A stretch of 52,625 nucleotides of DNA, the filler included, from Sphacelaria rigidula (taxonomy: Eukaryota): assembly GCA_964200075.2 (NCBI GenBank). It is 3 parts of 3 records of this genome, joined end to end, with 100 filler letters (N's around TTAATTAATTAA, not from the genome) between each part and the next. Parts side by side here need not be neighbours in the genome. Positions count along the whole stretch, not along the records: positions 17,579 to 35,052 come from CAXNAA020001073.1; positions 35,153 to 52,625 come from CAXNAA020001074.1; 1 more part is not named here. One strand, given 5' to 3'. Under the pieces are notes generated by a model. It was not told the origin of the DNA and did not search any database. It saw only the letters and a program-made list of their open reading frames with translations. Positions 25,201 through 38,173 of this stretch are shown in pieces. Position numbers and translations under genes: made by a program. Numbering within the stretch: the stretch's first letter is position 1; each line of letters opens with the position of its first letter.

Positions 25201-26575
25201 AGTGTCTGAAAAATGTGACCAAATTCATACACTCCTTTTGACAACTGAGGAAATGAGAGCGGCTTTTTGTACCGACTGCAGCAGAAGTGTGACGGGTCAC
25301 GGAACTCAAATCACAGATATCCGAGTTACATAATTCTTACATTGGTACTAAAAACGCCAGTCCACGCGTTACCACAATACTTGAATGTATTTTCCTTTCT
25401 TGTTTCGTCTTGTATCCCTCTGCTGTCGTATTCGTGGTGCAGAGCATGTATTTCTCCAACTTCGTTGCCTCCAAGCTCAACGTGTGGAACTCGAACGGTC
25501 GTCATCGTCTTGAAGAATTTCTCGCAAAAATGGGGTTCAGTCTGGAGCAATGCAAGCAGAAGTATCCATTTATGAGCTGCCAGCTACGCCAGCGCCTGAG
25601 GGACCAAATACAGAAATACGCCGAAGAGTACGGCCTCGAGGACGTCTTTTACGGTGAGAGGGTTGAAGACTCTGAGGGACTATCGTCAACTACGTGTATG
25701 CGCGAAGGATGTGATGAGATACGACCGCATTTTCGCTGAAAATTCCCTCGAACATTCGCCTTTGTCTGCCTTGACCAGGTTCTTATCAGCGATACTGTGG
25801 TTTCAAGAACCCACTCAGCGCAGCAGATATGGTGTATTGCATCACCGCTCTCACGGAGCACAAGGAAGAGGCGGGAAACTACAGTCAACAGGTTCGTCTA
25901 TTTGTAATTGCTAGCTATGATGGAACATCACTTTTAGCCATGCCGTCGTTTTTGGTTTCATGGAACATGCTTATGTCTTATATCAGTTTCCCGTGCGCTG
26001 TCTTACAGGGATTCGCGATCGACACGACAGATCCGGAAGACGATGAGCAGGGATGGATCGACAGTTTCAACACTGCTTACGATGCCTTGTCAGGGAAGAG
26101 TCTTGCGCTCCTTCAGCAAGGACTTTCGCTGAGCATGTCCCTCCAGAGAGCTGTTGTTCAGCAAGCAGTGACAATGATGGAAAAGAGGAGCTTGACTTTG
26201 TTCAAACATTTTCGGTACGCCTTCATCCGGAGCAGCGAGACTGACGAGCGACTCTTCACGCAGCCAATGGCCTTGAGAAAATTGGCCGCATTCCTCATCG
26301 ACGTACACCGTGAAAACGGACGATGGGCCGGCGACAAGGCGAGGCCGCTCGTCATAATGGCAGAGCGCACTACGTCCTACCTCGTGGTTGGGGTAACGTG
26401 TCCGAAGAAAGCTGGCACGGTGATCAAGAACCGATTCGGGGCGTGCTTTCAACTGGCTGCGCAACAAATCCAAGCTCGCGCTAGGCACGATGGATTTGAA
26501 GCTAGTGTGATGGAGATCAACAAGGAAGATGTACATGACTTCATTCAGGCTTTGCACGACACAATGAGCGCGTAG
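19260..26575 (+). CDS. CDC45: Cell division control protein 45 (CMG helicase subunit), 9 exons, 658 aa
   Basis: Exons with GT-AG boundaries and consistent phases: 19260-19487, 19949-20103, 21484-21598, 22128-22454, 23736-23804, 24094-24285, 25443-25653, 25779-25891, 26009-26575 (1977 nt = 659 codons with stop). CDC45 motifs: VFVAPNCDAMCACRIL, VVMINCGAICN, YIIDSNRPIHLANV, an acidic loop plus basic NLS-like RRRGRKRKR, LLWLAIVGLTDQY, FRFMLHRHWSLYESMYFSNFVASKLNVW, FLAKMGFSL, SAADMVY, KNRFG..F, ARHDGFEASVMEI. Confidence 0.95.
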
Positions 26576-28023
26576 TGGGGAGGCACGGTACATGTTTGTT
26601 GTTGCGTAATTTCACGTACAACTTGGCGAGCTCCGACAAGGCATGGGACCCGTGGGTGTAATGGTATTATAATGATGCTTTTGCAGGATACTGGACTGCC
26701 CGGAGTATTTGTTGCGCCATACTGCGCATGCTGTCTGAGTTGTCGTTCTTTCATCCAGCCGCGCTCCCGATCCCCATGGCTGATTCTTGCTTTGAGGCGT
26801 CCTAGCGAAAGTAACTAACAATACCTGCCGCACATTATGAGTGCACCGACCATGGGCTACATCGTCTGCACATAGACGTTGATCGATGACGTTAGCCCTA
26901 ACCTAATTGATGAATCCTGGCGGATCAAATCGGACCAGGGCCGTCCTTCGTGCATCAAAAACGATCACAACCGACCCCTCCAACCATCTGCGATCTAGGC
27001 GGACAGTGTTGATCAAGACGCCCAGCTCGTGGGACACCGCGCTCCGAGTCGTCTCTTGTACATCTGGCGTGTCTCGTTTTCGCCTGTTATGAACCGATGA
27101 CCCCATTCCGAACGAAATTACCCTCTAGCAGGTCGTTCAGTACCGTCGTGGCCCTCGCCCGGAGTCTCCGTGGACATTTCACAAACTTGACTGTGGCCGC
27201 TCCTCTTCCTGCGAAGAAAATCACTTTTTTTTATTTCGTTCGAGGAAGAAAATGATGTCTAAATGGAGGCCATCATTCGGATAAACATTTCACAAGATCA
27301 AAACTAGTGAAAAAGAGAGCGTGGGTGACTCGCCTGAAAATGTATACGTGAGATTGAGGGAAGCGCGGTCAGTAAGTGATTAAAATGTTTTAGTTCCGAA
27401 ATACCCTTCCACGAGGCCCGATACGCTCTCTGTCGTGGTAGCTGCAACCACATGGCAGTGTTTCAGGAAAAGAAGAGCACACGAAGTATGAAAAATTCGT
27501 CACGTGAGAGTGATGAATGAAATTCAACGCTAGACTCTCACTTTCACGAGAATGTTGATGCCTCTTAAATGCACGGCACATGCAGACCATCAAGTCTAAC
27601 GAGGTGCATGCAGACTAAAGAATACTTGGATCTAACGAGGTGCTCAACGCAGTTTAATGCGACATGGTACACTATACTAGGTTCTTCGCAACATGCTCAT
27701 CGTGATGGATCACGCGCTCTCCGTAGACATTGATTGGTGACCGGCAGTAGTAAGTAATGGTGTTTCCGAAAATGACTTCCCCATGACTTTGACGATGCCC
27801 TGCATCCTCGCGATGCTGATGTCTGTCATCATTCCTCTTTTTCGCTATATGATGTACACGCTACCCTGCCTTCACGGATTTTGTGCAGTCTGCATATCTG
27901 TGTGTAGTTGATGACCAAAAACTACCCCGCCTCGAGAAGTCAGGCCTGCCAGTTCGCGTACAAAACTGGAATCCCGCAACAAGCGGTTTTTCACATTTTT
28001 TTTCTGAAACCACTTACACACGG

Positions 28024-28400
28024 CCGGTCGCCCCCGGTGGCTCATCTGGTAATCTCGAAACCTGATGACGGTTGGGTAATGGGGTCGAACCTCGATGCAG
28101 TCACACACGATCTGGGATTTTCTCACACAATATATACGCCCAACGATGGAGAGTAAATATATGTCTTGGGTACACAAAAGTCAGTGAGGGAAAGGGACTG
28201 CCGAACCCCTCTCGCGGCCAAAAAACAAACACCGTTGAAGGAAGGTGGAATAGTAGAACAAATTTAAAAAGAAAAGCTCCTGTGTTGGCCTTCCTTCTGT
28301 GTAACCCCGGCTGGTGCGCCCACATATCATACCGAAAGGACGTGTAGACTGGCGTCGAGGATACAGATAACAAACCGTCCGCCAAATCCCATGGGAAGCA
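28024..28400 (+). mobile_element. tRNA-derived SINE, copy 2
   Basis: CCGGTCGCCCCCGGTGGCTCATCTGG...GGGTCGAACCTC...GATCTGGGATTTTCTCACAC; body homologous to the other copies. Confidence 0.8.
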
Positions 28401-28819
28401 GCCGTACGCATGTGCACGTGTGTCCTTGCTCAACCACCGAACCTGACGAGAGCCTCATTACAGTACGCGTGTTGCACGTCAGCACAGGTGGTGACTTGGT
28501 TTCTCTGCGTATGGACGCAATACGACCTGGGCCAGCTGACAGCGATTTTTGGATGAAGAATCACGATACGTTTTTGGGAATTCGAAGAGTTGAGTGAGGA
28601 CTGCCGTCACATGCGGCGCGCTGTCACCTGTCATCCCCACGATTATTTTGATTTGTTGCCCCCGTTGCTTTCACCACGCCGCCGTTGGCCACCCGACATG
28701 TAGATTTGCGTTGGCTGTGTTCTTACACGGTAGTGCTGTAGACGATACTGGGTTGTGACGCCTAGGACACGAATGCCGCCGGGTAGCCATGGTTAACGCA
28801 CGACTAGCTGCATTTGAGG

Positions 28820-28892
28820 CACCCCGATCGTGTAACGGTACTAGTGACACCATAAGGTCGGAAAAAACGCGGGTTCGACTCCTGCCAGACGC
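28820..28892 (+). pseudogene. Degenerate tRNA-like sequence (tRNA pseudogene or SINE head)
   Basis: T-arm GCGGG-TTCGACT-CCTGC (perfect B box) and A-box-like TCGTGTAACGG; no convincing acceptor or anticodon stem. Confidence 0.35.
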
Positions 28893-29454
28893 GTCTATTA
28901 ATAGTGAGGTTTGCTCTCGAAAGTATCTAACATTCTATCAATAGTGTGGGTTGTTCTCAAAAGCATCTGATATCCGTCCTTGGAAAAGCAAGCAGAAGAA
29001 GCGAAAATAGTTTTGACGAGTTGGTTAGATGACGAGAGTCGATGCGGTCCGGGAGCATTGATCCAATCTGCGATACCAAAATATTATGCGTATACCTGGG
29101 GAGAGATGGGTTGATTCCCTGCACTATGGACTCGTTCCGATGAAGGGAATGACCTAGACGTGAGAATACGAAGCAGAGGTGCGGAAACACGGTCGCTAAA
29201 CACCTCAGATATTACTGCCGAAACGCAGTACATGAAAAAAAAGGTACGTAATTCATTGTCAATCGCAACCTCTATCGCTCAGCACGACTGCAAACTTCTA
29301 TACTACGGACCACGTGTGGGAAGATGTACTGACCGCGAGCATCCGCTCATGTAGGACTCGCCTGACGAAAACTAGTCTATGCATCTAAAGACACTTTACA
29401 CGGCATGGGTACGTGTCTGCTCCTTGAAAAGCGACGGCTGTGATCTGACGGTTT

Positions 29455-30609
29455 TCATTCTCCTGCTTTTTCAGCCGCCGCCGCTTCCTCCGCTTCCTCC
29501 GCTGCTTCAGCTGCAGCCTCTTCTGCTTCTTCTCTCGCGGTTTCCTCCTGGTACGCTATGAGCTCCTCTTCTGTGAGCTTTCTCACCTCTCCAAACTCGA
29601 AGTGACATTTGAGTTTCACCGGTTTCTGTTGGAGAACAAAAGCGCAGTATGGTTGGATGCACAATGATGACCACGATAGTTTTTTGACTTGTTGCTCAAC
29701 GAACGATAGTCATCTGACGGTTCACTGTGTGGAGTAGTCAGTCATAGCAAAGTAACGCCAAAAAAAGCGACGGGTATGGTGCGTCAGACCCCGATTGCAC
29801 AGCATGCAGCACAAGCAGCGTAGACAGTTTTCCCGTTGCGGATAGCATGTTCTTCAAAAGATCGGTCCTTCGGAAGACGCACCCTTTCCAAGAGATGCTG
29901 GCTGGGTGCACAATGAGGTCGAGAACTGCTTCACCAACATGCTTGCAACTTGAAAAGGGAAAGCGACAACATTGACCCTCTCTAGAGGACACTGACAAAC
30001 AGGCGGATGTTCCTGCTGACTCCGAGATCGCTACTCGGGACACCTCTCAACTTGCGGCCGTCAGTGATTTCTTGTGCTACAAGCGCACCAGTTATTTTAT
30101 CTTCCGCCAAAATAGACCTGAGAAAACCGCACAGGGAACGAGCCTATCAAACAAAATGCCGACATTGCCAGGACGATCGACTTCAGTGTGTTCAGTGCAG
30201 AGTAGCTGCGACAGACTTCGAATCGTGGTGTATTCCTCGACGTATGAGTATAAACATGCGTAGCGAAGAGGGGATATCTGCTGACTTGTACTGCTGGGCA
30301 ACATTTACCCTGCAACAAGGGTTGACATTGCTTCTATACTGACGGCAACATTAGTACAAACAAATAATGCAGGGAAGTCAGCATCCGTGTGCAGCCCCAA
30401 TCTAAAAGAGAGGGGGAAACTAGGATGCGATTTGAGATCAATGTGCATTATAGGAGTACCTCAGCAGATCAAATGCAAATCTTAGCTGCCCTCACCTTGA
30501 ATGCCACCATCACCGGCCTGTTCGCCGTTACTAATCCTCCAGTTTTCCTGCTGACCAGCTTAAGCCATGTGATCTCCCCAATATTACCCTCCGGGTCATA
30601 CCCTGTTTC
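29455..30609 (-). CDS. 3' exons of an unidentified protein with a Glu/Ala-rich acidic tail
   Basis: Exon 30609-30496 (CAG|ETGYDPEGNIGEITWLKLVSRKTGGLVTANRPVMVAFK|GTGAG) joins in phase 0 to 29625-29455 (CAG|KPVKLKCHFEFGEVRKLTEEELIAYQEETAREEAEEAAAEAAEEAEEAAAAEKAGE*). A possible upstream exon lies near 32115-32018. Family not recognised. Confidence 0.55.
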
Positions 30610-32295
30610 CTGCTCAAACATACAACCACACAACCACAGGCGAGTGCCATGTTGCTCTCAACCTGGTCGTCCACGATGGTGTTGTATGTGAACGAAACGG
30701 CACACTAGTGCTTGCTACCTCAATGCCGTTTGCCACAATGGAGACCTTCAAAGGTGGACAGGACAAGGCAGACAATGCTCGTTGTACGTCACAGTATCGA
30801 ATGTTTTGTATGGCAGTGAACGTCGGTTCCACTACAGCTGTCTGATGGCTCAATCCTGTGGGTGTGGTCCCCTGATGGCCATCGCCATTTCAAGTATTTT
30901 TGCGGCAACATTCTTGCCGCTTCCAAACACCAAAGGTACGATCTTGTGGGCGAAGCTTCAGGTTGCATACTTCTTCACCAACGCAAATGTGGTTAATGGA
31001 TAAAAAAACGTATACCCGTGTCGCCAACTACCCAGTATTTGTTCGTTATATACGTACAAGAGTGTATGAACCACAAGCGGTGCGATCGTCGTCGATGGAC
31101 CGGTCATGGACACGACAAGTCACAGCCCATCGTTCGGCACTCTCGTTTCCCCAGGTTTTGAAAAAATATTCGAACACACCACAGAAGACTTATCGCCTGA
31201 CACGCGCAATATTTAATAGTAAGTTTTGCGGGGGGGTTTTCTGGCCCATCATTGGGATTTCTCAAACTTCGGGGGTACCTGTGTTGTTTGTGTGTTTGGT
31301 CTGTGCTGCCCTGTTTCTAGTGGTGCGTTTCATGACGGGGGGTGCTCTAATAGTTGCAGTCCATTCATTAGTTCAGGTACCAATGACTGTAGTTGAAGAG
31401 TGCAGCAGTAGAGTGTGCTATGCATACATACAACTCCAAGTGGCCACGTGATTGGGCTCTACGCGTACAACCACAGCATTTGTACAACGTGCACGACGGG
31501 TGCACCAAATGAGTATCCTCGTAATGCTTTTCAGGCTATCATTGTACTGTATGATGCAATATACACGATCAACGGGTCTTTCTAGGGTGCGATCTGCTTG
31601 ATTTGCTATTCAGATTCAAATGCTTTCATGACCCAATCGGCTTCTTGGAACTCCACTCACTTGTTTTGCCGACATTCGATAACGACACTCCAAACCACGG
31701 GAGCTACTACCATGTACAGTACAACCCCCCGCCACCTCCCCCAGAAAATGGATAAAATATGAATATGGTTTTGTGTAAAGTACGTCCTGTGTAAAGTACA
31801 GAAAAAATGAAACGAGCGTCCCGATGTTTGAGGTGTTTCTATAATGATGGGAGCAGGAACAGTGCCCCATCAGTGTGATCTAGAGAGGATGCATAGCCAA
31901 TGATCGAATTACTAGGGCAAGGAACAAATGAGTACGTCCCGCAGTCCCCACCGCGAAATACCACCCTGCCGGGTAGAATTATGACTCACAATATCGTCAC
32001 CAGGGGCCCGCTTCATACCTCACCTCTCACGTCATAAATCTCGAAACGTTGTTGGCAACCCCCGCGGAAGCCTCGCTCGAAATACCCAAACGACATGTCA
32101 GTTCTCCATTTCGGACAAGTAGATACTGTCAGACAAGAGTCAACAACCATAGACGGCCGCAAGTAGCAGCAAAAAGGCAGGAGACGCTGCTGTCGCCAAA
32201 GCGGCTGCAGGCGGGAGCGGCATCGGGTGACACCCACGGTTACCCCTTTTTCATCATAACCCTCCCTCGAAGATCACCCCCTCCCCCCCCTCCCC

Positions 32296-32706
32296 CGGTA
32301 CTCATGATTTATGGCATGGCATGCAGCACACTCCCCTCCCCGGTACGGGCTAGTCATATGACCACTGACCTCGAATCCTTACAAAGCCGGGACGGAGCAC
32401 GTCGGGTTCTTGCCGGATCAGGCTCGTAATCAATCACCAACTGCGAAGGGCCGTGATGCAGATCATCCCTCATGCGATTTGCCAAACACATCAGGGCGCT
32501 TTGCAGTTGGCGTTTGATCGCGAGCCTGGTCCGGCGAAGAGCCGGGGTGTTCCGTTCCGGCTTCGTAAGGATGCGAGGTCAACGGTTTTATAACTACGAC
32601 ATGCGATACCATGGGTAAACCACCCGATACGGTGCTCAGTCTCGAAAGGGATGTATGGTCAATGGTCACATGACCAAGGCAAGCAGCATAATTAGTACGC
32701 CCCCCC
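32296..32706. repeat. Cluster of three short elements (A+ 32296-32450, A- 32480-32610, B- 32630-32706)
   Basis: The A copies match 2168-2270 and 4420-4520 (GTACTCATGA...GACCTCGCATCCTTAC..AGCCGGGACGGAGCAC...GGACCAGGCTC); the B copy matches 11400. Confidence 0.75.
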
Positions 32707-35052
32707 TCCCGGTTATAGGTCGTTGGGCGTTCCAGACCATCATCACGAAGGGGTTACTATGCATCACCACCACTTCGAAAATCACTCCATCATGTCAAGT
32801 TCTTACCAGACAATAATATCCCCCCGCGGTACATAGCGTCATTTGCGGTAGTTGAGAAACCAGAGTGTTGCCGTCATGAGGGGTTGCTACACTTTCTCGT
32901 GTGGCAGAAGCAATACAACCCTCAACCTAAAAGGACAAGCAAATGGATTTGTAGTTGAAGTTCCAGGAGGAGTCAAAGCTCGAAAATTCGTTCATGAGCC
33001 AAAAACCACCGCGACGGCAAGGGTAGGGCGACTTCCCTAATCCACCCCAAAAACACCGCGGTATTTCGGTAACGTGGGGTTTTGGTGCCGTCGGATTTCC
33101 AGTAATGATAGGCACCAAATACCTAGGAAACCTCCGGGTAGTTTCCCTTCTTCATGTCGTGGAAACGCTCCGGACGCCCTCAAACTTGGCAGTTTGGCAG
33201 GTATTGGTCATATCGAGGAAAATATTTCAATGCTTATCAGCTCTTCACCGGCTTCCTGGTTTGGTTGCGATACTCGAAAACGTGATGCAGCTTTTACCGC
33301 ATTAACGTTCAAGATACCTAAAAAAGACGCGTTTATACGACAATAAAGTAGTTAAAAGTTTGCACGTTTGAAGCTCACTTCATCGGACAAAAGCGCAAAT
33401 GTTCACGCCGATTTTTTGGAGTTAGACTTCAAAACTTTCACGGTTAGGACAAATCATCACGACTCAAAATCACCAAATTCACGATTTCTTCGGCCTGATT
33501 GCCCAAAAGGGAGAAAAAGTTGATCGCTGGCCCAAGGGGTATCCACGCAACTTTTTCGCCATTCCACGTGCCTGGGCTGCGTGTACCTGGGTTGCAACAC
33601 TGAAATAAAGCCTAGGGATTGATTCGTGACGAGTCGACTCATCATATTAAAACCAAGTAATTTTCAGACTTATCATTATTTGTCCGACCCTTGGAAACTT
33701 TGCACACATTTTGTATACTTCGGGACATTTCAAAAACTTGTATGAAGGGGGGTTTTCATTTTTTTTCTTCGCCAGATATCGGGGTTCCCAGAGGGGCATG
33801 TGGCTCGCCAGGACACTCGAACCCCGGAAAACTGGCGAAAAACAAAGGTCGGGAGACTCCATTCACTGCAAAAAATCGTAATGTTCCATGGTATTATTAA
33901 CGTTATATCCGTCACATCAGCTCGATCTCTCGAACCCGCGGTCACAGGGTGCTCGGAGGATATCATCCATACCCATAACTCAAACAGCCCGCAGAGGAAC
34001 GCGAGAAACAAAACATCTCATGTGCGCAATTTGTATACGGTAGTCCAGAGCTACTTCTCATGTATAAAAACCCTCTTATGAAAAAAGCCGTTTTAATAAC
34101 GGAATTTTTTTAAGTAGCCCTTCTTACGTGATCGACGTGATCAACATTGGAAAAAGCAATGTTCATCGTTCTCTACACGGCGTGTGGGCATAATTTCAAA
34201 TTTTGGGGCGCGCGAGAGACACACGTTACTCTGCTGTCGTGTCGTGGTGTACGGCTCGCACTGTCTGCCTGTACTACTGTAATATGTTGACCGAGCAATA
34301 CATGGTGGGCTACGTGCCGCAAAACGAGCAATGAGAACATCACCTTGCTGTACCAAGTGATTGTAGAACTGATGGTTGGGCTTTTCTGCTACACCGTAGT
34401 ACTCGATCGTAGGGACAGCGCGGACAACAGTACAGACAGAGGTGTATTGTATGCATTGGCTGTAGTACTACAAGAGTAGCACTATCCATAGTCTTGTGTG
34501 TACTGTCAGTACGGTCCTGTTTCTAGAAGGCTTGGGTGCGTAGGAAGTCTGTAGTACATGGCGACGTCTGTTCGCAACACGCTGCATGCTCAGACCTGAA
34601 CTGAGCTACAAGTTTGATGCACCGTAGTACTCTAACTCCCAAGAATCGGCGTGCAATACTCGCGGGTAAGTGGATTCTGGGTGACGAGCGTGGACCAGCC
34701 TGAAGGCGGTTGCGCAAATGCCATGATTCGAACTAGCGGTACAGTACTGTAGTTCGCTGGAACGGCGGTACACATTGCTGTACCCAAGCAGATTTCGACT
34801 ATATATCGTGCAGACTTCAAAGTGTAGAAATCCGAGTTTTGAGCTGTTGAAAGTGTAAAACAATCACGATAGAACCCTAGTTTGCCCCGATAAAACCGAC
34901 GGTTAGGGGAGCGTACTCAATTGTTGCTTGCCTTAGTCGTTTGACCATTGACCACGCATCCCTTTCGAGACGGAGCACCGGGCGGTTAGGGGGGGGGGGG
35001 GGGGGCTGTGGGGGGTGGGGCGGGGGGGCGGAGAGGGGGGGGGGGGGGGGGG

Positions 35053-35152
35053 NNNNNNNNNNNNNNNNNNNNNNNNNNNNNNNNNNNNNNNNNNNNTTAA
35101 TTAATTAANNNNNNNNNNNNNNNNNNNNNNNNNNNNNNNNNNNNNNNNNNNN
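35053..35152. other. Artificial contig linker (N44-TTAATTAATTAA-N44)
   Basis: Same 100-bp structure as 17479-17578. Confidence 0.97.
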
Positions 35153-35289
35153 GGTGCTCCGTCTCGAAAGGGATGCGTGGTCAATGATCAAAGGACTAAG
35201 GCAAGCAACAAATGAGTACGCCCCCATGGTTAGACACCCATGAGGCAGTGTATGAGGAAAAACGTTTGGGGAATTCAAGTGATCCGATC

Positions 35290-36270
35290 GGACCCCAAAA
35301 ATTGTCTTTCATGTAGGACCCTAACATTTCGGTTATCGAAATCCAAATTTGTATGGCGTGTAGTAGTTGTCAATAGCTACCAGCAAGAAGTGGAGAAATG
35401 GAACCAGATTTCGAAGATTTGGTGTGGATACGAAGATTTCAATCCTCCGGGTTCTCGTCCCCAAAAAAATCCATCCTCAAATTGAAAATCCCGTGTTCGT
35501 GGGGCAATTCCTCGAAAATTGTCGTGATGGTTGATATTGTTGAAGAAATAGATCAACACTGACGAGAACCGAAAATTATGGTGGACTTCGCGAGGTTCGT
35601 ATATTTGCTTCTGCTCCTTGCCCGCTCTGTCCCGATGACCTCGGATGCCGACCACGCTCTGATGATGAATGTCTCTGGTCGAAATTTCAGCTCCTCACTC
35701 TCAAAATTCAGCCAGGCGTTGCTGTTTACCGGTCACTAGGAATTCTTGGCTGGCTCAGCTATAGTACTTTCTCAGAAAAAAGTGTCTGCGGCGCAAGTAG
35801 GACGAACAGTACGCAAGAGTAACACAACGAATGGGTTAACCTGGAAACACGGGATTGTACAAATCGGGGATGGATGTTTTATTGGGGATGAGAACACGGA
35901 GAATCAAAATCCTGATATCCACACCAAATCTTCGAAGTATGCTTCCATTTCTTCACTTGCCGGTAGCTATCGACAACTACTTCACGCCATACAAATTTGG
36001 ATCTCGATAACCGAAATGTCGGGGTCCTAAGTGAAAAGGCTTTTTTTGGGAGATTTTACGTGTCCGATCGGACGCCAAAGTTGGTTTTTCAACTAGGACC
36101 CCAACATTTCGGTCATCGAAATCCAAATTTGTATGACGTGTAGTAGTCGTCAATAGCTACCAGCAAGTGAAGAAATGAAAGCATACTTCGAAGATTTGGT
36201 GTGGATACGAAGATTTTTTTTCTCCGGGTTCTCATCCCCAATAAAATATCCATCCCTAATCAGTAAAACC
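35290..36270. repeat. Three ~170-bp copies in alternating orientation (+ 35316-35485, - 35860-36030, + 36095-36260)
   Basis: Shared GGACCC..ACATTTCGGT.ATCGAAATCCAAATTTGTATG.CGTG.AGTAGT.GTC.ATAGCTACC.GCAAG...CGAAGATTTGGTGTGGATA; copies 2 and 3 form an inverted repeat. Confidence 0.85.
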
Positions 36271-36724
36271 CGTGTTTGGCCCACAAATTCAAACTGAAGT
36301 GCGCCTCGCGCTTTGATTTTTATCCAGACGTTTTTTTCACTAATTCGCACCATCAGTCGCTCTATAGTCTGGGATACTGTGCATATTCACACATGGCCTG
36401 GCGGCGGTACCCGTTTGTGGCCCCTTGTTGGGTACAAAGATCAAGGTACCTGGCATATAATACGATTGCCCTGAAAAGTGATGGGCGTGTATGTAGCTAG
36501 CGTCCAAGCCGAGAAGAACGATATTGCTGTTGCTGTTTCGGTTCCTAACCCGTCGCCATGCAAAAGAAAGTTACCGGGTAGAACGAAAATTATCGGGAAA
36601 GCATCTACTTCAAACCTCTTCGACAGATTGAGAGTCTGGCATTTGATTGAATGAACTTTTCAAGGAACACGCTGTTCTCATGTGTTCCATCCACGGATGA
36701 AACATTTTCATGTCTGAATGTGTG

Positions 36725-37078
36725 AGTTGTTCTCCTCCCATCTATTCTGGACGCCAGTCTACACCTTTCGGTATATGTGGGCGCACCGGCCGGGGTTACA
36801 CGCAGGCGAGGAATGTCAACACAAGAATTTTCACTTCTTTTGTTTTAGTTCTCCACCTCTTCCTTGTGCGGTGCTCACCTTCATTTTGTATCGCGAGAGG
36901 GGTTCAGTAGTCCCTCTCCCTCGTTGACCGTTTGGTCAAATTTTGTGTACCCATGACATAGTCGCTCTCCACCGTTGGGCACTGTGTGAGAAAAAATCCC
37001 GATCGCTCCGAGGTTTGAATTGACGACCCGGCCGTCAGAAGTTTTCGAGGTTACCAACTGAGCCACCGGGGCGACCGG
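36725..37078 (-). mobile_element. tRNA-derived SINE, copy 3
   Basis: Reverse strand reads CCGGTCGCCCCGGTGGCTCAGTTGGTAACCTCGAAA...; shared body. Confidence 0.8.
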
Positions 37079-37783
37079 ATATATCATGAACGTCGTCTAA
37101 TGAATGGTGCCGATTCAAGAGAGCATCTACCCTAGCGGTCGAATGGTAAATAAAATGACGATGCGGGACACGTTTAGATCAAGATTTGTTAGCTGCACGA
37201 GTACCAAAAAGGAACGATATGTTCTGTTGAAAACTAACATTCAAGTAACGGCAATGAGGATATCAGTCACCGAAACATTCCGCTTACTGATGCGCCACCG
37301 TACATCGATCAGGTTGTTATTTCAGGTCAGACATGATGACATGCATTATAAAAATATTCTTCCGATTAATACGTTGAATGCCAGCGTAGGGTATTGATCC
37401 GTCACGATTTCACGTAAACGTATGTTGGTGCTTCTTCGCTTTCGGACTATAGTACAGATCCAACGACAACTGATCGCAACGGTCCCTGACCGCTAGGGCT
37501 CGCAATTTGGGTCACACGGTAACTTTTCAAGTCAAAATGAGCTGAAAAAACCCACTCTCAATCGAATGCTAGACTCTCGACCTGGCGAAAGGGATATTGG
37601 GATATCGATAACGCACCTCAGAAACGGACCGTGCAACACTCATACGGTACTTTCGGAATTCGATACCCTACGTAGTACAATGGAACCCTGACGTAACGGA
37701 CACTTTCGGGTGTCAACACCTCCTATCCGCTGTATTAGTACACCAGACAGATACTCCTGAAATTCAGGGAAGTCCGCGAGGCA

Positions 37784-37805
37784 CTAACCCCTAACCCTAA
37801 CCCTA
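37784..37805. repeat. Short interstitial telomere-like (CCCTAA)n
   Basis: CTAACCCCTAACCCTAACCCTA. Confidence 0.55.
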
Positions 37806-38163
37806 GGCGCTCTTGAAGTTTTGCCAGGTACTCATCATTTTGTCGCCCGCTCAAACGTTTACGCGTAAAAATGTCTTCTTGGGTGATCGACGCGAAACTA
37901 TGGATTCACACCCTTGATCCCGTGGCGGCCGGTTTTACAACCATCGATGCCGCGCAGTGACACCGGTATTTTCTCCTGCTCTTCTGACTGTCTTTCGTAT
38001 GCGGACTGGTTTCCTTTTGGATGCATCTCCCACACTAAATGGGGAAGAAAAAATGAACAGCATCATATAAACAGCAACGGGGGGGGGGGGGGTACCTTCA
38101 ATTTATCCTTCGTTCAGATGAATGTATCCCAAAACAACAATCCTTCGACCGGAACCACATTTT

Positions 38164-38173
38164 NNNNNNNNNN
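38164..38173. other. Internal scaffold gap (10 N)
   Basis: Run of N between two G-tract-flanked repeats. Confidence 0.9.

Noticed and set aside
26090-26593. 167-aa antisense ORF
   Set aside because: Shadow of the CDC45 last exon with no recognisable features.
32870-32910. Helitron HUH-like motif (HEGLLHFLVW)
   Set aside because: A single weak motif in a stop-rich frame, with no other Rep or helicase motifs.
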